A DNA stretch of 25,210 nucleotides, taken from a virus. The stretch is taken from the IMG/VR virus record IMGVR_UViG_3300009431_001072, one strand, 5' to 3'. Below, piece by piece: positions 1 through 6,826 of this stretch. The position numbers and the translations under genes are program-made. Below the pieces are notes generated by a model, which had not been told where the DNA came from, made no database searches, and saw nothing but the letters and a program-made list of their open reading frames with translations. Positions within the stretch are counted from its first letter, which is position 1; each line of letters starts with the position of its first letter.

Positions 1-135
1 CATATTAGAAAAGGGAGCACCTGTACCGAAGTTAAAGATACCGGCCTTCCTAATGGAAGTCAATTGGCTTCCATGGATCAAAAAGCTTTGATTTATGTAA
101 ATAATGAAGTAAAAAGAATCAGATTGAATCTTTAA
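1..135 (+). CDS. C-terminal fragment of an unidentified protein (partial at window edge)
   Basis: Frame 1 is open from base 1 to TAA at 133-135 (HIRKGSTCTEVKDTGLPNGSQLASMDQKALIYVNNEVKRIRLNL*). Confidence 0.55.
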   Translation, partial: HIRKGSTCTEVKDTGLPNGSQLASMDQKALIYVNNEVKRIRLNL

Positions 136-174
136 TTAACTATAGCTGATCTAACATTTACGAAAGGGAGATGA

Positions 175-468
175 ATGAATACTTTTCTAATCAACTTTAA
201 GTACACTAATGAAGGTGTTCGAAAAGTTAAACAAAGTGTAGACCGGATTGATGAATTAAAATTGACTCTGCAGGGAAAATTCGGAGTTACTATCCAAACG
301 GTGTTCATGGCTACGAGCTGTGACACTATTTTTATAGTAACAGCCGAAAAAGCCGCAGATGTTAAAGCAGCGGAACTGTATATTAATGCTGCCGAAAATG
401 TCAGAGTAGATAGCTGGCAACAAATTTGGCAAATCGAAGATATGGTCAAGATTGCCAACAGTATCTAA
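175..468 (+). CDS. Small protein resembling the GYD domain family
   Basis: ORF 97 aa; FKYTNEGVRKVKQSV...TVFMATSCDTIFIVTAEKAADVKAAELYI has the GYD-like layout. The strand agrees with neighbours and an AAGGGAG-type RBS lies upstream. Confidence 0.5.
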   Translation: MNTFLINFKYTNEGVRKVKQSVDRIDELKLTLQGKFGVTIQTVFMATSCDTIFIVTAEKAADVKAAELYINAAENVRVDSWQQIWQIEDMVKIANSI

Positions 469-492
469 GATTAACGTGGTACAGGTAGACTC

Positions 493-876
493 GTGTCTAC
501 CTGTGTCCACATTAAGCGTTCCACACTCAAACCTGAAGATATGAATACAACAGTTTTCTCATCTGGATATATCGCCCGAGATGGTAAATTCTATGGCTGT
601 GCTGATGCTGGACATTTGACTTTGGCAGATGAAATCTTCGATGAGGTTCTTGAAGAAGAAGTACCCGGAGGTAAAGATACACAAATTGTTTTAGATGATC
701 GAGGATGGGTCAGGTTCTCAATGAATCGTTTCTATTTTGATAATCCAGTCGATAAAAAATGGACCAGGAAACAAATAAAAACAGCCAGTGACTATTTATT
801 TACAAAGAATAAGTCAACCGTGTATTATAACGGAAAAAAATGTAGCTATAAAGAGTTTATAGAACTGATTAAATAA
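493..876 (+). CDS. Hypothetical protein
   Basis: Intact 127 aa ORF, same strand as neighbours; no family recognised. Confidence 0.6.
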   Translation: MSTCVHIKRSTLKPEDMNTTVFSSGYIARDGKFYGCADAGHLTLADEIFDEVLEEEVPGGKDTQIVLDDRGWVRFSMNRFYFDNPVDKKWTRKQIKTASDYLFTKNKSTVYYNGKKCSYKEFIELIK

Positions 877-1020
877 ACACGATTGGAGCGAGCATGTGCG
901 TAAAAAAAAGAGCTCCTACCTTGTGGTAACACGTCCTGTATATTCCGGAAGTATTTTCAGGTGCGGAAAGCATAGGTATTAATAGTCTGCCTCTGTCTTA
1001 GAAAAAAGATGGCATAGTAA

Positions 1021-1030
1021 GGTATAAGGC
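1021..1030 (+). promoter_or_regulatory. Candidate promoter element GGTATAAG (copy 1 of 4)
   Basis: GGTATAAGGC in intergenic DNA about 27 nt before the ATG at 1057. The same GGTATAAG core recurs at 1242, 6338 and 6932, all in non-coding DNA. Confidence 0.35.
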
Positions 1031-1056
1031 AATCATTTATAACGAAAGGGACAAAG

Positions 1057-1236
1057 ATGCAGTATAGGGTGGTCGAATTGAAAAATGGAGAAGTGCTAAA
1101 GAAAAATAATTTTTCTCCACTTTCATTCCTGAAATCCTGGATGGAAAACACGAAAATGTATCGGAAATTAAAAAAGGAAGAGGATGGAGTTACATTTGAA
1201 ATATGGGATGAAAACGATAAAGTCATAAAGTCATAA
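1057..1236 (+). CDS. Hypothetical small protein (59 aa)
   Basis: ATG 1057 with an AAAGGGAC RBS-like sequence upstream; MQYRVVELKNGEVLKKNNFSPLSFLKSWMENTKMYRKLKKEEDGVTFEIWDENDKVIKS*. Preferred over the antisense ORF 957-1259. Confidence 0.55.
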   Translation: MQYRVVELKNGEVLKKNNFSPLSFLKSWMENTKMYRKLKKEEDGVTFEIWDENDKVIKS

Positions 1237-1241
1237 TTTAA

Positions 1242-1251
1242 GGTATAAGAA
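1242..1251 (+). promoter_or_regulatory. Candidate promoter element GGTATAAGAA (copy 2 of 4)
   Basis: GGTATAAGAAATATAC in the gap between the small ORF and the Nudix gene. Confidence 0.35.
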
Positions 1252-1303
1252 ATATACAACTAATATACAACCAACTTATATAACAAATCAGAAAGGAAAA
1301 GTT

Positions 1304-1711
1304 ATGACTTTATCCAAAGTAAGAGCTATTATTACAAACGACGATGGTGACATCCTGGTAGGAAAATATACCGATTCCGAAGAAGGTATGTTTTACATGC
1401 TGCTGGGTGGGACCTTTGAATTAAGTGATGCAAACGCTTGGGATGCACTTCTGCGTGAACTACGCGAGGAAATTGAAGTAGAAGTTGATGAAATGGAGTA
1501 CTTAGATGTATTAAATAATACGTTTACATGGCATAACAAGTCTTGTCATGAGATGGTAGTATTATTCAGGGTTACATTAAAAGTGCTACCAACTCTGGAT
1601 TCAGCGTTAAATGATGACGGAACTAGAAGTCCTCTTGAATGGATTCCTGCTGAAGATATAAGAGAAGAGAAAGTTGTTATTTACCCAATATGTGCACAGA
1701 AATATATTTGA
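1304..1711 (+). CDS. Nudix hydrolase family protein
   Basis: Nudix-box-like segment GGTFELSDANAWDALLRELREEIEVEV; 135 aa with an upstream RBS (GAAAGGAAAAG). Confidence 0.85.
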   Translation: MTLSKVRAIITNDDGDILVGKYTDSEEGMFYMLLGGTFELSDANAWDALLRELREEIEVEVDEMEYLDVLNNTFTWHNKSCHEMVVLFRVTLKVLPTLDSALNDDGTRSPLEWIPAEDIREEKVVIYPICAQKYI

Positions 1712-1716
1712 TCTTT

Positions 1717-1800
1717 GCCGAAGTGGTGAAATTGGCAGACACGCTAGATTTAGGATCTAGTGGGCGCAAGCCTGTGTGGGTTCGACCCCCTCCTTCGGCA
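1717..1800 (+). tRNA. tRNA-Leu(TAG)
   Basis: Acceptor GCCGAAG/CTTCGGC, anticodon arm CTAGA-TTTAGGA-TCTAG, class II variable arm, T-loop TTCGACC, discriminator A. CCA is not encoded. Confidence 0.95.
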
Positions 1801-1847
1801 CAACCTAATTAACTAAACCCAGAAAACAGAAACTAAAAAGGGTAAAC

Positions 1848-3017
1848 ATGGAAAAACAAGAATTTATGGCTGAATTAGCCACAGACGCTATTAATGGTTT
1901 AATGTTCTTTACTGATAAGGTGGATAAAGACTATGGAAGCCAATCAAAGCAACACCGGTTATTAGTAAATGGTGGGACCAGACCGATTTACAAATTTATT
2001 AGAGGAAAAACTCCAAAGATCTCTATGCAAAAGTTATGTTACTGGAACATAAAAGCTACAATAAATCTATATATAGATGTATGCTGTGCGCTTTGTTGTT
2101 ATTGTACACACACAACATGCGGTTTCCGGAAAGACATAAGTCAAGCAGGGATAGTTGAGACTACTGATAATATTATAGAAAGCATGAGAGTACTGTTTGA
2201 TACATACCTGTATACTACAAAAGACTTTAGTCCAGGTGATCTAATTTACGGTGGATCAAAATCAGATCATCTATCTCCGAACGTAACAGATGTTGAAATT
2301 CAAGCTATGATCGACTTCATAGCAAGTTACGACGTTCTAAATTTTGTAATATTTACCAAATTCCCTGACAGGTTAGTAAATAAGAAAGGCAAATTAAATT
2401 TTAGTATTCCAGCTAATCTTGCTATAGTAGCAACCGTGGAAACAGATTTGGAACAATATACACGTACACTGTCTCTCTTAAAAGATAAAGATATAACTAC
2501 AGGATGTAAATTACCTTCAGCTCCACATGTTAGAATTAAAGCAATTAAGAACTTAAGAGTAAATAATGTAACCGCTGGATTCGGTATTTCTCCTGCTATA
2601 GATTCTAGTACAAAGTTTGTAAAAAAATTAGCAGCAGCTGATCCGGATATAGTAATACTCGGAAGCGTAAATAATTCTGAGGGTAAGATTAAAACTATGG
2701 AAGCCGATTGGATACAAAAATTTCCGGAGTTAGGTTATCGTATTCCTCAAATTTTGGGCGCCAGAAAAGTAGTTTTCCCGTGGTTAACCGCGGAGAAAGG
2801 AAACATACTAATCGATGATTTAAAAACTCAAATTGGTGAAGATAAGTTATACTTGTTACCATCTGCGGGACGGGAATTTAATCTTTTAGGTCACAGAAAA
2901 ATAAATGAAATAATAAGCCCAAAACCATATAATAAACGGGTTCATGCCAAGTTTACCATACCGAATCAAACGCTGAATGGGAATATTATACAAAATGCAT
3001 TAAATGGAAGGAGATGA
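1848..3017 (+). CDS. Divergent radical SAM-like protein
   Basis: 389 aa; cysteine motif C-CAL-C-CY-C (CxxxCxxC) in INLYIDVCCALCCYCTH. Confidence 0.55.
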   Translation: MEKQEFMAELATDAINGLMFFTDKVDKDYGSQSKQHRLLVNGGTRPIYKFIRGKTPKISMQKLCYWNIKATINLYIDVCCALCCYCTHTTCGFRKDISQAGIVETTDNIIESMRVLFDTYLYTTKDFSPGDLIYGGSKSDHLSPNVTDVEIQAMIDFIASYDVLNFVIFTKFPDRLVNKKGKLNFSIPANLAIVATVETDLEQYTRTLSLLKDKDITTGCKLPSAPHVRIKAIKNLRVNNVTAGFGISPAIDSSTKFVKKLAAADPDIVILGSVNNSEGKIKTMEADWIQKFPELGYRIPQILGARKVVFPWLTAEKGNILIDDLKTQIGEDKLYLLPSAGREFNLLGHRKINEIISPKPYNKRVHAKFTIPNQTLNGNIIQNALNGRR

Positions 3018-3028
3018 AGTAAGGAAAG

Positions 3029-3373
3029 ATGAAACAGCTAACAGAAAAACAACTCATCAATTATTGGAATAAATCTCTGAAGAAGAGAATGCATCATTTG
3101 AGAACAACACCAAAATTTAAGGCTGGCCAACAAATTAAGATAAAAGTGCAAGAACCAGACTTAGGTAGCTGGACTTGGATGGATGAATGCCGATTGAAGC
3201 GTAAAGGTAAAATTGGTACTATAATAGATATTGAGTGGTTACCAAACGAAGAAGTCCCAAAACAGTATTCAAATTTTTCATACACAGTGTTATTTCAAGA
3301 TGGAAGAAAAATCTCATTTGTTGAAGAGCACTTAATCCAGTTATCAAAAAAGGACTTGAATAATTTAAAATAA
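3029..3373 (+). CDS. Hypothetical basic protein
   Basis: Intact 114 aa ORF with an RBS-like GGAAGG/GGAAAG upstream. Confidence 0.55.
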   Translation: MKQLTEKQLINYWNKSLKKRMHHLRTTPKFKAGQQIKIKVQEPDLGSWTWMDECRLKRKGKIGTIIDIEWLPNEEVPKQYSNFSYTVLFQDGRKISFVEEHLIQLSKKDLNNLK

Positions 3374-3410
3374 ATTATTATATTATACACTGAGGAACCA
3401 CGAGTTATCG

Positions 3411-3483
3411 GCGGGCGTGGCCGAACGGCTAAGGCGCTAGATTTCCAATCTAGTATTTGAGAGTTCGATTCTCTCCGTCCGCT
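3411..3483 (+). tRNA. tRNA-Gly(TCC)
   Basis: Acceptor GCGGGCG/CGTCCGC (one G-U), anticodon arm CTAGA-TTTCCAA-TCTAG, T arm GAGAG-TTCGATT-CTCTC. Confidence 0.93.
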
Positions 3484-3522
3484 CAATAAAACTAACATTA
3501 ACTTAACAGAAAAGGAAAAGTT

Positions 3523-4149
3523 ATGATAAGTAAATCACAAATACGTAGGTTAAAAATTCAAGGGGCTCCAATACCTAACGAAGAAGTTGTACAAGACAAG
3601 ATGACACCGGCTGAAAAAATAAAGTTAATGGCTTTGATAATATTTGTTATTATCGTCGCATTTATTTGTATATATATGGGAACAGCAAATGGGCAACTTC
3701 CAGAGAAGCTAGCAACGAGTAAAGTATTAGTTTCTTGGCAACCATCTGCTAATTCTGATATACATAAGTATAACATATATGTAGACACTGTTTATTTAAT
3801 ATCGGTAATCCATCCGGATACAAGTATTGCTTTACAATTAGATTCTATTATGGTAAGATATTACCAAAATATTCAATTTAATGTAACAGCTGAGGATTCT
3901 ACCGGTAACGAGTCACCGATGTCAAATACAGTAGATAAACTGCTATGTAAAGAAATGGGAAAACTTTATTGTGACGTCGATGGAGATGGGTCAGTCATTA
4001 ACATTGACTACTTCCTAATGCTAAGAAAGTTAGGCAATCATGTCTCCATAGAAGACACAATGCTTCAAGTTTTCGATTTTAACGGCGACACACTTATCAA
4101 CAATATAGATTTTGCAATCATGTTAAAAAGATTGGGGAATCGAAAGTAA
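3523..4149 (+). CDS. Membrane-anchored Fn3-like protein with C-terminal dockerin-like EF-hand duplication
   Basis: TM segment LMALIIFVIIVAFICIYM, an Fn3-like region (VLVSWQPSANSDIHKYNIYVD...FNVTAEDSTGNES), and two dockerin-type repeats DVDGDGSVINIDYFLMLRKLGN and DFNGDTLINNIDFAIMLKRLGN. Confidence 0.75.
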   Translation: MISKSQIRRLKIQGAPIPNEEVVQDKMTPAEKIKLMALIIFVIIVAFICIYMGTANGQLPEKLATSKVLVSWQPSANSDIHKYNIYVDTVYLISVIHPDTSIALQLDSIMVRYYQNIQFNVTAEDSTGNESPMSNTVDKLLCKEMGKLYCDVDGDGSVINIDYFLMLRKLGNHVSIEDTMLQVFDFNGDTLINNIDFAIMLKRLGNRK

Positions 4150-4187
4150 CGTAAACAAAGTAACAAGCAACACCCGGAGGAACAACC

Positions 4188-4613
4188 ATGAATATTACAT
4201 TTGGGAATGTAGTAGCATTGCAATATACGGATACAGATCCTATAGAACTTCCGACAACACATGAAGACGCAATGTTAACAGTGGAAACAGGAAAGACATA
4301 CAAGGTAAACGTGAGAATTGATTCAAACAAGGAATTCCATAGCATAGGTTTTGACCTGGGCTGGGATGAAGAAAACATTAAACCTATAATGTCTACTGGA
4401 GCAGTTGTCACCGAAGATGGAGACTTGTTCACTGGGCTAAATTATGATTTAGTAGCCAACGCATTCTTAAATGAAAAACGCATTTATATAACAAAATCAT
4501 TAAGAGCTACTGTACCTCCCGCAAGTGTTGGAAACTTTTGGATACTTAGTATCCTAATTACAAAAACAGGTGATCGTCTACATTTAACGATTACAACAGA
4601 GGAAGTAGTTTAA
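4188..4613 (+). CDS. Cohesin-like domain protein
   Basis: GKTYKVNVRIDSNKEFHSIGFDLGWDEENIKPI...VGNFWILSILITKTGDRLHLTITTEEV matches the general cohesin beta-sandwich pattern. Adjacent to the dockerin-like gene. Confidence 0.6.
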   Translation: MNITFGNVVALQYTDTDPIELPTTHEDAMLTVETGKTYKVNVRIDSNKEFHSIGFDLGWDEENIKPIMSTGAVVTEDGDLFTGLNYDLVANAFLNEKRIYITKSLRATVPPASVGNFWILSILITKTGDRLHLTITTEEVV

Positions 4614-4690
4614 CGAAACCGAATAACTAATTGAAATTTAAAGCAAACTTGATGGCAGTTTGTCAAGGCTGCGATCTAAGAAATACTAGG

Positions 4691-4741
4691 ACACAAGTGG
4701 TATTGCCGATTATGCACAGGGATCCACTTGTGTTTTTTTTT
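4691..4741 (+). terminator. Rho-independent terminator-like hairpin
   Basis: 10-bp perfect stem ACACAAGTGG ... CCACTTGTGT followed by a run of 9 T. Confidence 0.85.
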
Positions 4742-4745
4742 CTTG

Positions 4746-4880
4746 GTGAGGCGCCTGGCAAAAAAAAATGAAGACTTAAATGGTTACCATCCAGCAACAC
4801 TTGTTTATGATGAGAAATACTATAAGCCGCTATGGAAAACGCACTTAATTGATATTAAAAATTATTTGAGAGGAGACTAA
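4746..4880 (+). CDS. Possible small ORF with non-ATG start (GTG 4746 or TTG 4743)
   Basis: Open frame VRRLAKKNEDLNGYHPATLVYDEKYYKPLWKTHLIDIKNYLRGD* ends just before the ATG at 4882. Not in the supplied ORF track. Confidence 0.35.
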   Translation: MRRLAKKNEDLNGYHPATLVYDEKYYKPLWKTHLIDIKNYLRGD

Positions 4881-4881
4881 T

Positions 4882-5538
4882 ATGAAAATATTAATCGTTT
4901 CCACACTGATGGTGATTTGCTTAATTTTATCTATCTGGATTTTGATTGATTTAGACTATAATGCATCGAAGAGGTCACATCAAGTGACACAGATGGAAAA
5001 TAAAGTGAAAGAACTTAGATGTGTTGTATCTTTTCATAACTATACTCAGTTAAAAAAGAAAAAGATACAAGAAATAATTGGTCCAGTTCCAGAAGAATAC
5101 TTGAATTTAGCTATGGATGCTACTCTTAAGTATCCAGCATTAGATATGGAACTTATTTGTGCCGTTATTCATCATGAAAGCGCAAAAACATGGGACCCAA
5201 AAATTATTTCACCAATGGGAGCGGTGGGGTTGATGCAAGTGATGCCAAAAACTGGCAGATTAATCTCGAAAAGAAGAAATATAAGCACTTACAGCAAGAA
5301 GATGCTGTATAATCCGAAATTCAATGTTGATTTTGGATGTTGGCTTTTAAATGAATTGATACCTGTTTTCGGAGTTAAAGCCGGTCTCGCAGCTTATAAT
5401 GGACCGTATGATATTGCCTGGGAATATAAAAAACAGTTAAAAAGGAATCCAAAGCATGCCCATAAATATCTTCTTTTAGAAACAAGAAAATATATTCCAA
5501 TTGTTTTAGAGATATATAAAAAATTAAAAACTATTTAG
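4882..5538 (+). CDS. Lytic transglycosylase (SLT-like) with N-terminal membrane anchor
   Basis: N-terminal TM; ALDMELICAVIHHESAKTWDPKIISPMGAVGLMQVMPKTG and GLAAYNGP motifs. Confidence 0.9.
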   Translation: MKILIVSTLMVICLILSIWILIDLDYNASKRSHQVTQMENKVKELRCVVSFHNYTQLKKKKIQEIIGPVPEEYLNLAMDATLKYPALDMELICAVIHHESAKTWDPKIISPMGAVGLMQVMPKTGRLISKRRNISTYSKKMLYNPKFNVDFGCWLLNELIPVFGVKAGLAAYNGPYDIAWEYKKQLKRNPKHAHKYLLLETRKYIPIVLEIYKKLKTI

Positions 5539-5548
5539 AGATCCAGAT

Positions 5549-5821
5549 ATGAAATCAAAAACAACATGTAGTGAATGTGGGTTAAATTACGCATTTTGCA
5601 AATGTGGTAGTCACATAACCCCTGTTGCATGCCCACATACAAACAGAGAAATTCACCCAAACGGTTATAAATGCAAAGATTGTGCGCGAACTGCCATAAA
5701 CGAAAAACAGCGAAACAGTTTAAATGGTTTAAGTGCTGATGACCGAGTGGTTAGGTACAGGATTGCAAATCCTGTAAGACGGGTTCGATTCCCGTTCAGC
5801 ACTCTAAACTTGGAGGCATAA
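5549..5821 (+). CDS. Cys-rich small protein; ORF runs through tRNA-Cys at its 3' end
   Basis: TTCSECGLNYAFCKCG ... CPHTNREIHPNGYKCKDC zinc-ribbon-like. The C-terminus (RYRIANPVRRVRFPFSTLN) is translated from tRNA sequence. Confidence 0.5.
   Translation: MKSKTTCSECGLNYAFCKCGSHITPVACPHTNREIHPNGYKCKDCARTAINEKQRNSLNGLSADDRVVRYRIANPVRRVRFPFSTLNLEA
5733..5803 (+). tRNA. tRNA-Cys(GCA)
   Basis: Acceptor GTGCTGA/TCAGCAC, D-stem ACC/GGT, anticodon arm CAGGA-TTGCAAA-TCCTG, T arm ACGGG-TTCGATT-CCCGT, discriminator T. Confidence 0.94.
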
Positions 5822-6100
5822 ATGAATACAAAAAAGCAAGTGAAACTGTCAAAAAGGCAGTTTATATGTAAATCAATTGCGATGGGCAAAAAAATGGTTT
5901 ACATAAAAAAAGACATAAAGGACATAAAAGACTTATCAGTTGAGGTTCCTTCTATATTTTTACAATCCAGGGAATCCGGGATAACTGGAAAAATTCTTGG
6001 ATTTGTCCATGCAACCTTCGGGTTGTACTACTTTATTTTGGTAGGCAAAAAAGTGGGTGTTTACCACATAGATGAATTTATTATCAAGGGAAAAAAATGA
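5822..6100 (+). CDS. Hypothetical protein
   Basis: 92 aa ORF with a GGAGG RBS upstream. Confidence 0.6.
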   Translation: MNTKKQVKLSKRQFICKSIAMGKKMVYIKKDIKDIKDLSVEVPSIFLQSRESGITGKILGFVHATFGLYYFILVGKKVGVYHIDEFIIKGKK

Positions 6101-6303
6101 ATGACAAAGGAAAACTAGAAAAATTTTTAACAAAACAAGGAGACTCAGGGTTCTCAATACTTGCAGATGCTTTAGAACGAGAAACGGGGGTAGCATTAAG
6201 TAAAGTCCCAATCAAAGGAAAGACTATTAGAGCAGATCTCGGAGATCCTGTACCTAGTTTATCCGATCTGGTCGATCAAGACATAACTATCTCTAACGAC
6301 TAA
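6097..6303 (+). CDS. Hypothetical protein
   Basis: 68 aa ORF overlapping the previous stop (ATGA). Confidence 0.55.
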   Translation: MNDKGKLEKFLTKQGDSGFSILADALERETGVALSKVPIKGKTIRADLGDPVPSLSDLVDQDITISND

Positions 6304-6337
6304 CGACTTACCGCCAGGAACTTTTTTGCGAAAATGT

Positions 6338-6347
6338 GGTATAAGAA
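6338..6347 (+). promoter_or_regulatory. Candidate promoter element GGTATAAGAA (copy 3 of 4), upstream of the RNA-element array
   Basis: TGTGGTATAAGAATATTG, 47 nt upstream of the first array element. Confidence 0.4.
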
Positions 6348-6394
6348 TATTGAACAAAGAACATAGAACATAGAACTCCTTTCTGTTAAATAAA

Positions 6395-6451
6395 GGGCTA
6401 CATTCAGCACCCAAAAATTCACTCGTTCGGAATGAAAACAAAACGTAGCCC
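6395..6451 (+). ncRNA. Array element U1
   Basis: GGGCTAC...GTAGCCC 7-bp closing stem followed by ATTCAGCAC; internal complementarity ATTC/GAAT. Confidence 0.55.
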
Positions 6452-6478
6452 GATGAAAATTATTTTAATATAAATAAA

Positions 6479-6610
6479 GGATTGCTTACAGCACATAAAA
6501 CAATTTAACTAATCAGGACCCGGGTGTCGGCGGTTCAAATCCGTCTTTCCCTCCACGAGAGAAATAGCTCAGTTGGCTAGAGCGCCGGGTTAAAAGTTAA
6601 AACGCAATCC
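6479..6610 (+). ncRNA. Array element U2, containing a circularly permuted tRNA
   Basis: GGATTGC...GCAATCC closing stem followed by TTACAGCAC; interior 6519-6589 folds as a tRNA with the 3' half first. Confidence 0.6.
6519..6591 (+). tRNA. Circularly permuted tRNA-like sequence, identity undetermined
   Basis: 3' half first: anticodon 3' stem CCCGG 6519-6523, variable GTGTC, T arm GGCGG-TTCAAAT-CCGTC 6529-6545, acceptor 3' strand TTTCCCT 6546-6552, linker CCACG. Then acceptor 5' strand AGAGAAA 6558-6564 (one A-C mismatch), TA, D arm GCTC-AGTTGGCTA-GAGC, G, anticodon 5' stem CCGGG 6585-6589, TT. Confidence 0.6.
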
Positions 6611-6629
6611 GATAAAATTTGAAAAAAAA

Positions 6630-6710
6630 GGCTGCATACAGCACACTAACTTTGGTTAAAACAACGTCTCGAAAACGTTCGAAATGGTTCAAACCCATAC
6701 AAATGCAGCC
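6630..6710 (+). ncRNA. Array element U3 with anticodon-arm-like and T-arm-like hairpins
   Basis: GGCTGCAT...ATGCAGCC closing stem followed by ACAGCAC; inner AACGT-CTCGAAA-ACGTT (7-nt loop, CGA in anticodon position) and ATGG-TTCAAAC-CCAT. Confidence 0.55.
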
Positions 6711-6724
6711 TGTAGAAATTAATT

Positions 6725-6783
6725 GGGTTACTTACAGCACTTTAAAAGCACATCACTGTTAATGACAAACGCTAATGTAACCC
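6725..6783 (+). ncRNA. Array element U4
   Basis: GGGTTAC...GTAACCC closing stem followed by TTACAGCAC; inner TCA-CTGTTAA-TGA (7-nt loop, GTT in anticodon position). Confidence 0.5.
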
Positions 6784-6826
6784 GGAATTTATAAAAAATT
6801 CATGTTTCGCCTCACGAAAGATGAAT

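Noticed and set aside
132-510. Minus-strand ORFs 132..458 and 256..510
   Set aside because: Shadow frames of the GYD-like + ORF; no RBS or recognisable family.
957-1259. 100 aa minus-strand ORF
   Set aside because: Antisense to a 59-codon + ORF with RBS (1057-1236); low-complexity S/F/N-rich translation; all confident genes are on +.
3295-3498. Minus-strand ORF with NSQILDWKSSALAVRPRPP
   Set aside because: The typical artefact of translating a tRNA gene antisense; it covers tRNA-Gly(TCC).
3523-4613. Calling the contig a bacterial cellulosome locus
   Set aside because: Only one dockerin-like and one cohesin-like domain and no glycoside hydrolases; surrounding genes are phage-like (RNA ligases, PNKP, SLT, tRNAs).
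6703-6715. Twister ribozyme suggested by AATGCAGCC in U3
   Set aside because: The remaining twister consensus and pseudoknot pairings were not found; AATGCAGCC is simply the closing arm of the element.
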